A program made the position numbers and the translations under genes. This document shows positions 1-11,476 of a DNA stretch of 64,000 nt, one piece after another. Each line of letters begins with the position of its first letter. Position 1 is the stretch's first letter. The notes below the pieces were generated by a model. It was not told where the DNA came from, did not search any database, and was given only the letters and a program-made list of their open reading frames with translations. This DNA comes from Octopus sinensis (taxonomy: Eukaryota), in NCBI RefSeq assembly GCF_006345805.1, contig NC_042997.1:196974001-197038000 (forward strand). Direction: 5' to 3'.

Positions 1-1104
1 ACAGTTTCTAAAAGGAAATATATGAATAGAGACACACAATGAAAGCTCAGTGCGATATAAAGTAACAAAAGGTTATATTTGAAAAGTGAATAACATTTAT
101 GTTATAATGTTATCGATGTGATTTAGAATAAAGTTTAAAAATTGCATCAGTTGCTACGAAATCTTTAATCAACTTGATGAAAAATAACAAAAATAAATAA
201 TAATAATGATAATAATAATAACAATAATTATAATGATAATAAAATAAGTGATCAAACAAATTTTCACAGTTTTCTGCTGAAAGGAATCATCTTGGGATTG
301 CTTCCCTCGGGGGTTAACGTTTTAATCGATTTCGAAATAAAAGCAGCTCCATGTGAAAATTAGATTACAAAGAAAAACTAATTTCTTTTAAGAATAAAAT
401 GATTTAAATAGAAATTTTTAAAAAGAAACTAAAACAATAAGTGTAGCTCGGGATATTTTAACAAGGAAAATCGAACGAAACTAACTTGGCTAAGAGGTTG
501 AGTAGAGAATAAACATGAATAAAGATGGTTGACTTTAGAAATAGATAAAACAACCTCTAGGAAATTTACTGGCGTGCGTTCTTATCGTCAAACAACATAC
601 ACCAATATTCATCAGCATGATCGTCATCATCGAAGAGTTATGCAGTTTTCAAATTATTTCCAGATAGTCTACTCCTTATTTTCTCGGTGTATCCATCGGG
701 AACCTGTTATCTATTCTCTCCCATACGAAAATATACCGCAAGGAAGGTATTCTAAAAATAATGTGGTCATTATACGGATTCGTTAATTAATTACTCAATA
801 AGACTGTAAACAGGATCAAGGCCACCTCATATGATGTATTACCCAATAAATAATAAATGTACTATATATCGCTAAATATAGTTGCCGTTTCTCTTCAGTG
901 TGATTTTAGTAATTAAAGCAGTATGTCACCTGATTACTAGTGATTTATTAGAAATAGAATAACTCAACAGATATTTATCTTCTTTTAGTCAAGAAGGATG
1001 AATGTCTCCATAAAATTTCAAAGAACCTCCAAGGTTAGTCGGAGCAAGTGAAGAAGGTTTCCTCAACTGAGAGACCCGTCTCAAACGCCTTCAAAAAAGG
1101 GGAC

Positions 1105-1488
1105 ACTCTTTTACTTGTTTCAGTCATTTGACTGTAGCTATGCTGGAGCACCGCCTTTTAGTCGAGCAAATCGACCCCAGGACTTATTCTTTGTAAGACT
1201 AGTACTTATTCTATCGATCTCTTTTTGCCGAACCGCTAAGTTACGGGTACGTAAACACACCAGCATCGGTTGTTAAGCGAGGTTGAGGGGACAAACACAT
1301 ATACACAAACACACACACATATACATATATACGACAGGCTTCTTTCAGTTTCCATCTACCAAAGCCACTCTCAAGGCTTTGGTCGGCCCGAGGCTATAGT
1401 AGAAGACACTTGCCCAAAGTGCCACTCAGTGGGACTGAACCCAGAGCCATGTGGTTCGTAAGCAAGATACTTACCACACAGTCACTCC
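1105..1488 (-). mobile_element. tRNA-derived SINE, family B (about 380 bp, internal CA/TA microsatellite)
   Basis: Reverse complement starts GGAGTGACTGTGTGGTAAG...GGTTCAGTCCC (A/B-box-like head) and ends in a GAAACAAGTAAAAGAGT tail. Alignable by eye to copies at 8601, 35353, 46431, 56427 and 63561. Confidence 0.85.
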
Positions 1489-1773
1489 TACTAAAGAAAT
1501 TTAAAAATCAGGTGAAGATATTGAACTAAGATTATCAACCAAAGAGGTGAGATTTGAACTCAGACCGCGAAGATCCGGAGCCAATGCCAAAAGGTATCCG
1601 GTTCAACATCCTTACAAAGCAACCAGTCCCGCATGTTTCATTTGTACAACTTCATTGCGCCCAAATGGGTGAAAGGCAAAGTTGAACCGGGCAGGATTTC
1701 AAACTAGAACTGCAAATGTGAGAATAAATACTGCGTGGTATTCTATTCGAGGTTCTAATTCTATTCTAATTAA

Positions 1774-2003
1774 GGCGGCGAGCTGGCAGAAACGTTAGCA
1801 CGCCGGGCGAAATCGTAGACGTATTTCGTCTGCCGTTACGTTCTGAGTTCAAATTCCGCCGAGGTCGACTTTGTTTTTCATCCTTTCGGGGTCGATAAAT
1901 TAAGTACCAGTTACGCACTGGGGTCGATGTAATCGACTTAATCCGTTTGTCTGTCCTTGTTTGTCCCCTCTGTGTTTAGCCCCTTGTGGGTAGTAAAGAA
2001 ATA
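1774..2003 (+). mobile_element. tRNA-derived SINE, family A (young tail type)
   Basis: GGCGGCGAGCTGGCAGAAACG head, GAGTTCAAATTCC B-box, GCCTTTCATCCTTTCGGGGTCGATAAATTAAGTACC central block, GTAGTAAAGAAATA end. Flanked by ggtattcta(t)tcgaggtt at 1737-1754 and 2004-2020. Confidence 0.9.
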
Positions 2004-3050
2004 GGTATTCTATCGAGGTTGTAACCACTCTGGCAATCTCCTCACCATCGGAATCTATTTTTGTTTGGAAATACCAAATTAAATCGAGGCAATCGTCTCC
2101 AATATGTTCAAACAGTTGAATAAAATACGCCAGCTCCAAACTGGCTAGATATTCTTCTTTATAAAGCGATGTGAATAACTTCTGAAGACTAGCGTAGTTT
2201 GTTTTACTTGACTGTGCCGACATCTCGCTATCTGAATGTATGGTAGCTTTACAGTTCTCTTTTTTATTTATTTAATACGGTTCTTTTAACTATAAACTCA
2301 CTTTCATTAAAGTCATTCAAGGTTTCCAATACAGCATCAATACACAATAATACCTTCCTTCGGTTAATGTATATTCTAGTAAGATCGATCATGTTAAATG
2401 GAGAGATTTATCTCTTGCTAAGTCAAGTAAACTCTTTAATAATGTAAAGGTATGTGTGCAACTTAGAGGAAGTGATCAAGAAAAAAAATTGAAATGAATG
2501 TTGCTATTACTAAAATATTTACTTTGATAGATAACTTTTTCAGCTTGACTCCAGACTATTAGTCTTCATCCTCCTATTCTACACCATCAATAGGCAATGA
2601 ATTACCACCTAATGATTATTCAAAATGCTAGAAATAGCAGCCAACTCTTTCCGATTCCCCACCCATCTTAAAGGGGAAGATATTGTATAAGGTATGCATT
2701 TAATGATAAGTCTAGTCGATTAGGCTCGGTCTTGTGTTAAAAAGATAGAAACAAACAAAGATATGATGCCACTAATCGGGTTACTCACATCTGTTTGCAG
2801 ATCCACTGAAACTTTAATTCTTTGTCATTATTCAGTAAAAACTGTAGCGAAATGTTAACCCTGGAGATTCAGAAACAGATGCGGTTTGGGTTTTCTACCA
2901 GATGTATTACTAATCTAATTCCTTCGAACAATGAACGTCGAGGACGGATCAGTTTTACTGACTAAAACAAAAGCACGTCCAAACATGGCGAAGTTTAAAG
3001 CAGTGTCGTCCAGACGTGCTGCAACCCAACCAACTGGATTAAAAATTATA

Positions 3051-3284
3051 GGCGGCGAGCAGGCAGAAACGTTAGCACGCCAGGCGAAATGCGTAGCTGT
3101 ATTTCGTCTGCCGTTACGTTCTGAGTTCAAATTCCGGCGAGGTCGACTTTGCCTTTCATCCTTTCGGGGGGGGGGGTTAAATAAGTACCAGGTAGGCACA
3201 GGAGTCGATATAAACGACTTAATCCGTTTGTTTGTCCTTGTTTGTCCCCTCTGTGTTTAGCCCCTTGTGGGTATTAACGAAATA
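3051..3284 (+). mobile_element. SINE family A
   Basis: Full-length match to the 1774-2003 copy. Confidence 0.9.
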
Positions 3285-3504
3285 TATATTACATTTAGTT
3301 AGTATAATTTCCTTGGTGCATCCAAGGGACTCCCGGGTTCCATGCCCTTTACCACGTGAATGGAACTATCACACTTTACTAAAGACAGCGTGTCCAAATC
3401 GAAAGAAACGAAGCTGCGCCTGTACGTGATGTGCTTCGTTCCGCACTGTAACTTGAATACGAGCAACAAATAGAAAATCATGCACCTATAAGTAATCTGT
3501 ACGC

Positions 3505-4180
3505 GGCCGCGAGCTGGCAAAAACGTTAGCACGCCGGGCGAAATGCGTAGCCGTATTTCGTCCGTCGTTACGTTCCGAGTTCAAGTTCCGCCGAGGTGGA
3601 CTTTGCCTTTCATCCTTTCGGGGTCGATAAATTAAGTACCAGTTACGCAATTCTATTCTAATTAAGGTGGTGAGCTGGCAGAAGTGTTAACACGCCGGGC
3701 GAATTGCGTAGCTCTATTTCGTCCGTCTCAGTTCTCAGTTCAAATTCCGCCGAGGTCGACTTTGCCTTTCATCCTTTCGGGGTCGATAAATTAAGTACCA
3801 GTTACGCACTGGGATCGATGTAATCGACTTAATCCGTTTGTCTGTCCTTGTTTGTCATCTCTGTGTTTAGCCCCTTGTGGGTAGTAAAGAAATAGGTCTT
3901 TCGTCTGCCGTTACGTTCTGAGTTTGAATTCTGCCTTTCATCCTTTTGGGGTCGATAAATTAAGTACCAGTTACGCACTGGGGTTGACGTAATTGACTTA
4001 ATCCCCTTGTTTGTCCCCTCTATGTTTAGCCCCTTGTGGGCAATAAAGAAATAAGAAACGTTAGCGCTATTTCGCCTGTCTTTACGATCTGAGTTCAAAT
4101 TCTTCTGAAGTCGACTTTGCCTGTCATCTTTTTAGGTTAGATAAATTAAGTACCAGTACCTTGTGGGTAGTAAAGATATA
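3505..4180 (+). mobile_element. Multimeric SINE-A array (partial unit plus trimer)
   Basis: Four head-to-tail family-A units bracketed by a perfect 18-bp direct repeat tataagtaatctgtacgc (3487-3504 and 4181-4198). Confidence 0.85.
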
Positions 4181-4744
4181 TATAAGTAATCTGTACGCTT
4201 TTCACCCATTTAAAAAATCAAATCCGTGTTAAAAGCTTTAAGGCTTTTAACACATATCGTGAACAATCGGCTGAGCGTAGGTTAGGTTTTCTCAAGTTAG
4301 ATTTGTTTAAATTGAATGCGATCTGCATTGTTGATTAAGGCCCATATTTCCCCTGTGGTACTGTAGCGGATCTGTGGCAACACTAATAATCCTGGTAGGT
4401 CTTGATTACAGCAGAATATCATGGGTTATTACTTAATATGAACTTAAACTAGAACTTAAATAAAGAACAAAGAGATTACTGGATCCCGATCAATAGCATT
4501 GTGGTATTGATCTTACAATGTATTTGTGATTCCCTTGACTGATGCTTAGCTTATCCCGCTGGGGCCCCACTGCGCTGCATTACTGTCCATTAGGTTTCAT
4601 TGTTATTGAATAAGTCATTATAACATAACATTGTTTACATCACTATGTACACACAACCATTTCACACACACACACACATACACACACATACACACATACA
4701 CACACACATACACACACACATATTCGTCATGTTGGACCACGAAA

Positions 4745-4917
4745 CTCAACACTGTTTCGTCTTTCTCTGTATTTATTTCCTCTTATTCCTTTCTGTCGAA
4801 GAGCGTAGGCTCGAAACATAAAAGACTTTCCATTTTTATTCCCGAGCGTCAAACTAATACACTTGCTTGTTACGCCTACACCAGCCTCCGTATTTGTTTT
4901 TCTATAAATCTGAACTA
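4745..4917 (+). mobile_element. Penelope-like element terminal repeat (pLTR) fragment
   Basis: Pyrimidine-rich segment with a minimal hammerhead-like motif, ending at (TA)n. Homologous to 37072-37250 (reverse strand) and 45511-45709. Confidence 0.6.
4789..4824 (+). ncRNA. Minimal type I hammerhead-ribozyme-like motif (variant or degenerate core)
   Basis: cttt-CTGTCGA-a-gagc-gtag-gctc-GAAAC-ATA-aaag. Stem I is cttt/aaag and stem II is gagc/gctc. A6 is replaced by U and stem III is mismatched. Confidence 0.6.
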
Positions 4918-5303
4918 TATATACATACATACATATATATATATACACACATATATATACACACCTGTGCGAGTGAGCAAGTGAGTGTGTGTGTGTGTGT
5001 TTGTGTGTGCGTGCGTGTAAACACTTAGTTTTATCTCTTTACGTTTCGGAAAACCCATTTGGAAAGGAAGACGAATTATGTATATTAATGGAGATAAGCG
5101 TTAATAGAATTAGAATGTAATAGACCTATAATATAACTATTCAATAATGATACCTCGTTACTTCCGAGTGGTAATTAAGTAGTTATAAACGTAATATAAC
5201 TAAAAATGTTGCAGAAAATGCATTGCAACGAATGTTAATAAACTTTCCGAAAAGAAAAAGAAAAAGAAAATGTTCTGTGATTATTACTACGGTGATTCAG
5301 TAT

Positions 5304-5693
5304 TGTGGAGGCGCAATGGCCCAGTGGTTAGGGCAGCGGACTCGCGGTCATAGGATCGCGGTTTCGATTCCCAGACCGGGCGTTTTGAGTGTTTATTGAG
5401 CGAAACACCTAAAAAGCTCCACGAGGCTCCGGCAGGGGATGGTGGTGATCCCTGCTGTACTCTTTCACCACAACTTTCTCTCACTCTTACTTCCTGTTTC
5501 TGTTGTACTTCTATTTCAAAGGGCCGGCCTTGTCACTCTCTGTGTCACGCTGAATATCCCCGAGAACTACGTTAAGGGTGCACGTGTCTGTGGAGTGCTC
5601 AGCCACTTACACGTTAATTTCACGAGCAGGCTGTTCCGTTGATTCTGATCAACCGGAACCCTCATCGTCGTAACCGACGGAGTGCTTCCAAAA
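5304..5693 (+). mobile_element. tRNA-derived SINE, head C + tail X
   Basis: GGAGGCGCAATGGCCCAGTGGTTAGGG...TTTCGATTCCC head. 10-bp TSD gattcagtat at 5294-5303 and 5694-5703. Confidence 0.85.
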
Positions 5694-6763
5694 GATTCAG
5701 TATGGCTGAAGTGGTAAGACATTTGCTTCATTATCACGATGTACTGGGTTCGATCCCCTTCTATGATATTTTAGGCTAATTTAATTTTCTATAACATCGG
5801 TTGGGTTCAAACCTAGAGAGTGAAATGGACTAAGCAGATACTGTACAGAGATGTCAGTCATGGGAAGCCCGGCACATTGTGAGCAGGGGTGTGCAACAAC
5901 ATTTGCGTAAAGTGTTGGAAGGCCGAGAGCGTGTTCAGATTTACTCTCAACTACATAATTATTCAAAATAATTAGCGAAAGTATGAGAGATGCTATCAAA
6001 CCATAATCACTCACGATAAATGAGATTTTTATTGTCCCCTGATATACCATAACGCTGCATGCGGAAAATTAAGCTTTCCGCGACCGAATCGATTGTTTTT
6101 AAAATAAATTTATCGTTATAAATATTCACAAATCATTGCAATCAAAATTAGAATGTTTGTATATTTAGCGCTGTCTTTGAATAATCAAGTAAATGAATAC
6201 GGTTTCTTTAACACATCGTCTAATAAATATGTGTTTGTTTAGATATTCATAAACAATCACATCTGTATTTATCTAAGCCGTCATCTACACAAATTTGCAT
6301 TCTATCTGTTGATATCTAAATATACACAGATTATGAAACTTAGGCTCTGAAATTATGCAAAAGCGAATCATAACACCGTCTCACCATTACCATTTCTCAT
6401 ATTATTGGTAGCATTATTCTACGTCTAATAACATTTGTTTCACAAGAAATTCGCCATTGAGTGGTCATCGATTTATCTAAAATTTCTTTATATTCAAGAA
6501 ACAAATGGCAGTTTATTTAAAGAAAAATTAAAATACATTACCGTATTTGATGGTATTAAAAAGCACGAGAATGTTAGAGACACCCCAGTTTCAGCAGTGC
6601 ATATTCAGTAACAAAAAGCTGTTAGTGCATACAAGCTTCCTATATGTACACATATACACACACATATTTACAAACAAGACGTTGGTCGGCTCGGTTCTGA
6701 AGCGGAAAGCACTTTCTCAAGTGCCCAAGATACCGCATCTTCGACCAAATCTATATTCCTACA

Positions 6764-6765
<2 letters not shown>

Positions 6766-6818
<53 letters not shown>

Positions 6819-6832
6819 CATACATACATACA

Positions 6833-6870
<38 letters not shown>

Positions 6871-6877
6871 TACATAC

Positions 6878-6914
<37 letters not shown>

Positions 6915-6916
6915 TA

Positions 6917-6962
<46 letters not shown>

Positions 6963-7171
6963 CATATATATACATACATACATATACATACATACATATA
7001 CATACATACATATATATATATATACATACATATATACATATATATACATATATACATATATATACATACATACATATATATACATACATACATATATATA
7101 CATACATATACATACATATACATACATACATATACATACATACATATATATATATACATACATATATATAT

Positions 7172-7202
<31 letters not shown>

Positions 7203-7241
7203 CATACATATATATATATACATACATATATATATACATAC

Positions 7242-7315
<74 letters not shown>

Positions 7316-7384
7316 ACATCATACATATACATACACATACATATACATACACATACATACACATACATACATATATATACATAC

Positions 7385-7431
<47 letters not shown>

Positions 7432-7433
7432 CA
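6766..7433. repeat. Compound (TA)n/(TACA)n microsatellite, about 670 bp
   Basis: Directly visible. Generates the overlapping Y/I/H/T/M/C/V ORFs in the track. Confidence 0.97.
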
Positions 7434-7435
7434 TA

Positions 7436-7626
7436 ACAGGAAGAAAGAGTGAGAGAAAGTTGTGGTGAAAGAGTACATCAGGGTTCGCCGCCATCCCTGC
7501 CGGAGTCTCGGAGAGTTTTAGCTGTTTTCGCTCAATAAACTCTCACAACGCCCGGTCTGGGAATCGAAACTGCGACCCTATCACCACGAATCCGCTGCTC
7601 TAATTAATTGACAATTGCGCCTCCAC
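7436..7626 (-). mobile_element. SINE head C (tail lost at the microsatellite)
   Basis: Reverse complement matches the first ~190 nt of the 5304 copy. Confidence 0.8.
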
Positions 7627-8600
7627 GCATGCGTCTATAAAATACGGGGGAATTGGTTATTTTGTTTATAGTAGTTTGTAGTTATATAATTAAATTCTTG
7701 TAAATCATCTTTCTCATGAAATATCTCGCTGAATTTAAAAGGCAACGCTAATGCTAACACATTATATAGAATGATTTAAAGTGTTTTTCTCACCCTTCTT
7801 AATTCTGGAGTAATGCATGGTTATTAATGAAGTGGTTGGAATGTATATATTTAATTAAAACATCGCCCAATATTATTCACATCAGTGCATCCATGCATCT
7901 TTAATGGCTATTATAATTATAGTGAAGGCAATGTCTTTTCATTGATAATGTCCACCACATGTGTTTATAGGCAAACATGTTTTATGCCCGAGGCATTTGT
8001 GAATAATTGAAGTCTTCTTGATTGAAACAATATTGCTAATGTGAGCTATGCAGCTGACAGAATACTGGCCGGCGGACCGCTGGTTCGTATACTGTCACTG
8101 GCAGTAACCTTTGCTACAAGCCATTAAACACTCTTAACAAACGTTGATTCACTGTATCTGTAAATAAGATTCTGTAAATAGGAACAAATTAATACTTTAA
8201 GTAATAGCGGATCGAAATCACAGAGGATCATTCTAAGTTTTCCCTTGATAAGCTAATAGTGTTGTCTCTAATTTAGACACAACGCAGCAATTTTGATTAG
8301 GAGAAGAATGTGTTGATCTTAGTATTTGACTGATCATAATTTTATCGACCTTCAAATAGCAGCTGTTTCTAATTCAGGTGCGGAGTCAGCAGTTCCGATG
8401 TGTTAGTCGATTAAATCGACCCTATTACTTGGCTGTTGATTTATTTTACTATTCCGAAATTTGCCTGCTAGTAATTGTAGCCTGATCTCCATGAAATCAT
8501 GCTTTACTGTTTCAAAAACCGATCGGGTCACGCTGAACACTATAGTTCTATATTTATAATAAAAAAGTATGGTTACGACTCCAGTAACTCTTTCCTCTCT

Positions 8601-9008
8601 CTCTTTTACTCTTTTACTTGTTCCAGCCATTTAAATGTGACCATGCTGGAGCACCGCCTTTAGTCGAGCAAAACGACCCCAGGACATATTTTTTGTAAGC
8701 CTAGTACTTATACTATCCGTCTGCTTTTGCCGAACCGCTAGGTTACGGGGACGTAACCACACCAGCATCGGTTGTCAAGCGCTGTTGGAGGGACAAACAC
8801 AGGCACACAAACGTATAGACACACATTCATATATATATATGTACATATATACGACAAGCCTCTTTCAGTTTCCGTCTAGCAAATCCACTCACAAGGGTTT
8901 GGTCGGCCCGAGGCTATAGTAGAAGACACTAGCCCAAGGTGCCACGCAGTGGGACTGAACCCGAACCATGTGGTTCGTAAGCAAGCTACTTACCACACAT
9001 CCGGTCCT
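8601..9008 (-). mobile_element. SINE family B
   Basis: Full-length match to 1105-1488. Confidence 0.88.
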
Positions 9009-9057
9009 ACGCTGAAGGGTACCTTTTAAGAAAACAATGCAGAATTTCTAAAAACAG

Positions 9058-9058
<1 letters not shown>

Positions 9059-9134
<76 letters not shown>
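9059..9134. repeat. Pure (TA)n microsatellite
   Basis: Directly visible. Confidence 0.97.
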
Positions 9135-9141
<7 letters not shown>

Positions 9142-10285
9142 GGGTTAATGGTTTATAAACTATATCGAACACACATACACAAGCAAGATACGTGTTTAGC
9201 TAGCTCGTGACAGGCTGCGCTTATAGGCATAAGAGAGTATGTTATCATCAATTTGTCTGGTGTTAAAACACTTGGATGTCGTAGACAAGCGAAATATCAC
9301 GCACCTGGTCCTACTCAGGAGTCATAGCCATCGATGTTTCGTATTTTTGTCACTTGTAAACTCTGCATACCGGAAACGAGGCTCGATGTAAGCTAAATCG
9401 CTGTCTATAACAATATGCACAATGATGTAAGAACCATCAGCTGGTATGCCCTAACGTTTCATACCAGTAATGGTTTATTGCAAAGAAGGGGTGGTTATGG
9501 TTGGAGTGGAAACAAGATTTATTAACACAAGTGGAGTCAGTTACTGACAAACTACGTTGGCAACTGTTTTAATTTACGGTCAAAACCTTTTTTCCCGTGG
9601 ATTATCTGATTTTAATCGAGCAAGGAATTTTGCCAACATAAGCTCTACATCTCATTTAAATTTGATCAGTTATAATGCTTGGAGGTAGAAAAAACGTAAA
9701 TCTGTAATTATAGAGTATAACGGTGCACTGTGTAAATGCTAGTTATAAACATACACTTTCTCAACGTGTTTAAAAACTGAAGCTCCTTTTCTTTCCTATT
9801 ATTAAAACACTGTCGCTAATGTTAAAAGAAAAACAACAGAAATCTTTACGAGAACTAGCTTTCGGTCCAAACAATAAATAACTGCTTTTCACCTGTAATT
9901 TTTACGAGAATTTATAAACTAATTGACGGGGATATAACGAAATCGAGTCAATCAACATGACTGAGATTCCCTTTATTTTCGATTAGAGCTACTTTGATGT
10001 GAAAAAGTACTAAACTTTAAGACACACGGACAGAAAATGAACACAAAATGCAGAGATGAACATCGCAAAAGGAATATATTAAGATTGTATGATGAACAGG
10101 AATTAGCAAACGATATTGTGTGTGTGTGTGTGTGTGTGTATGCTTGTGTGTATATGCCTGTGTTTGTATGCGTGTGTGTATGTGTGTGGGTGCGTCGTGC
10201 GTGGGAGTGCGTGAATGCGTTTATGTGTGTGTGCGTATGTGTGTTCATGTATATGTGTGCGTGCGTGTGTGCGTTTGGGGTTTAT

Positions 10286-10506
10286 CTTTTAATTGCTTCA
10301 ATCATTAGACTGTGGCCAGGCAGGAGCACCGCCTAGAAGAATTGTTAATCGAATGAATCGACCTCGATTCGTTTATTTTCTAAAGGCCTGGTACTTACTC
10401 TAGCAGACTCTTTTGCCAAATCATTAAGTTGCAGGGCGTAAACAAACCAACACCCGTTACTATGGGACAAACACAGACACAACACACACACACACACACA
10501 CACACA

Positions 10507-10547
<41 letters not shown>

Positions 10548-10667
10548 ACGGGATTCTTTTAGTTTCTGTCTACCAAATCCATTCACAGTCTTTGGTAAGC
10601 CTGACGCTACAGTAGAATTCGGGACCATGTGGTTGGTAACCAACCTTCTTTCCACATATCTACGCCT
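10286..10667 (-). mobile_element. Degenerate SINE family B
   Basis: Retains ggagcaccgcc, ctaccaaatcc and accatgtggttggtaa blocks, with an internal deletion. Confidence 0.7.
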
Positions 10668-11119
10668 GTGTATATATATATTTTTTCCTTGAGATTAATT
10701 TAAGATCTCAATATAGTTCAAGCCGGTCGCTAACCGGAGGAGCAGGCTTTCTCAGTAGCTAAGTAAGTCAGCGCTCGTGTGCATACATGTGCATACACTT
10801 TTACCTTTTACTTATGTGTCTCTTTGGATGCACACAATCAAGTGTATGCATATATTCATTTAAGTATCTCGGAGAAATTTTGGAATGTCTTACAAATTTT
10901 CAGTGAGTCACTAATAGATCGGATTTCATGGACGAGCGTCACCTGCTTTTGCTCTTACAAATGCCTGACATTTCTAGTGTTTTTGCTCCTACGTATGCAT
11001 GTATGTATGCATGTATTTATGTATGTATGTATTTATGTAAGTATGTGTGTGTATGTGTGTGTGTATGTATGTATGTAAGTGTGTATGTATGTATGTATGT
11101 ATGTATGTAAGTGTGTATG

Positions 11120-11421
11120 TCATTGTTCCATTTTATTTCAAGATTTCTTGCCAATAGAGAAAGAACCGGTTTCTAACCTAGATCCAAGGCTCCTTCTTTG
11201 GAATTTCAGCATGAACAAGGTATTTTCGTTGGTATGTGTGCACGTGTGCAGATTTGTATGTTTTATGTATGTATTCTCATGCATTTAGTTGCATATCTAG
11301 ACATGCTCATATATATTTAACTAATAATCTTCTGGAACGTTTATGTATGTATGTGCAGATTTGTATGTTTTATGTATGTATTCTTATGCATATAGTTGTA
11401 TATCTACACATGCTCATATAT

Positions 11422-11476
<55 letters not shown>

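Noticed and set aside
2981-2993. AAACATGGCG (YY1- or Kozak-like) motif
   Set aside because: A single short motif; the downstream frame runs into a SINE and there is no supporting promoter context.
3829-4098. Near-identical 88-89 aa ORFs here and at 18725-18991
   Set aside because: Antisense readings of the SINE-A multimer; similarity reflects DNA repeat homology, not a gene family.
5304-5375. tRNA-like sequences (A and B boxes, anticodon-like loops) at SINE heads, also 5704-5760, 45785, 50796 and 60001
   Set aside because: No complete cloverleaf or acceptor stem, and they continue into SINE bodies; not tRNA genes.
6547-7494. Long overlapping ORFs (up to 301 aa) rich in Y/I/H/T/M/C/V; similar ones at 22.1-23.4, 25.4-26.4, 29.2-29.9, 34.6-35.2, 35.9-36.5, 42.4-43.9 and 44.3-44.9 kb
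   Set aside because: They are translations of TA/TACA/CA microsatellites that happen to lack stop codons; no protein signal.
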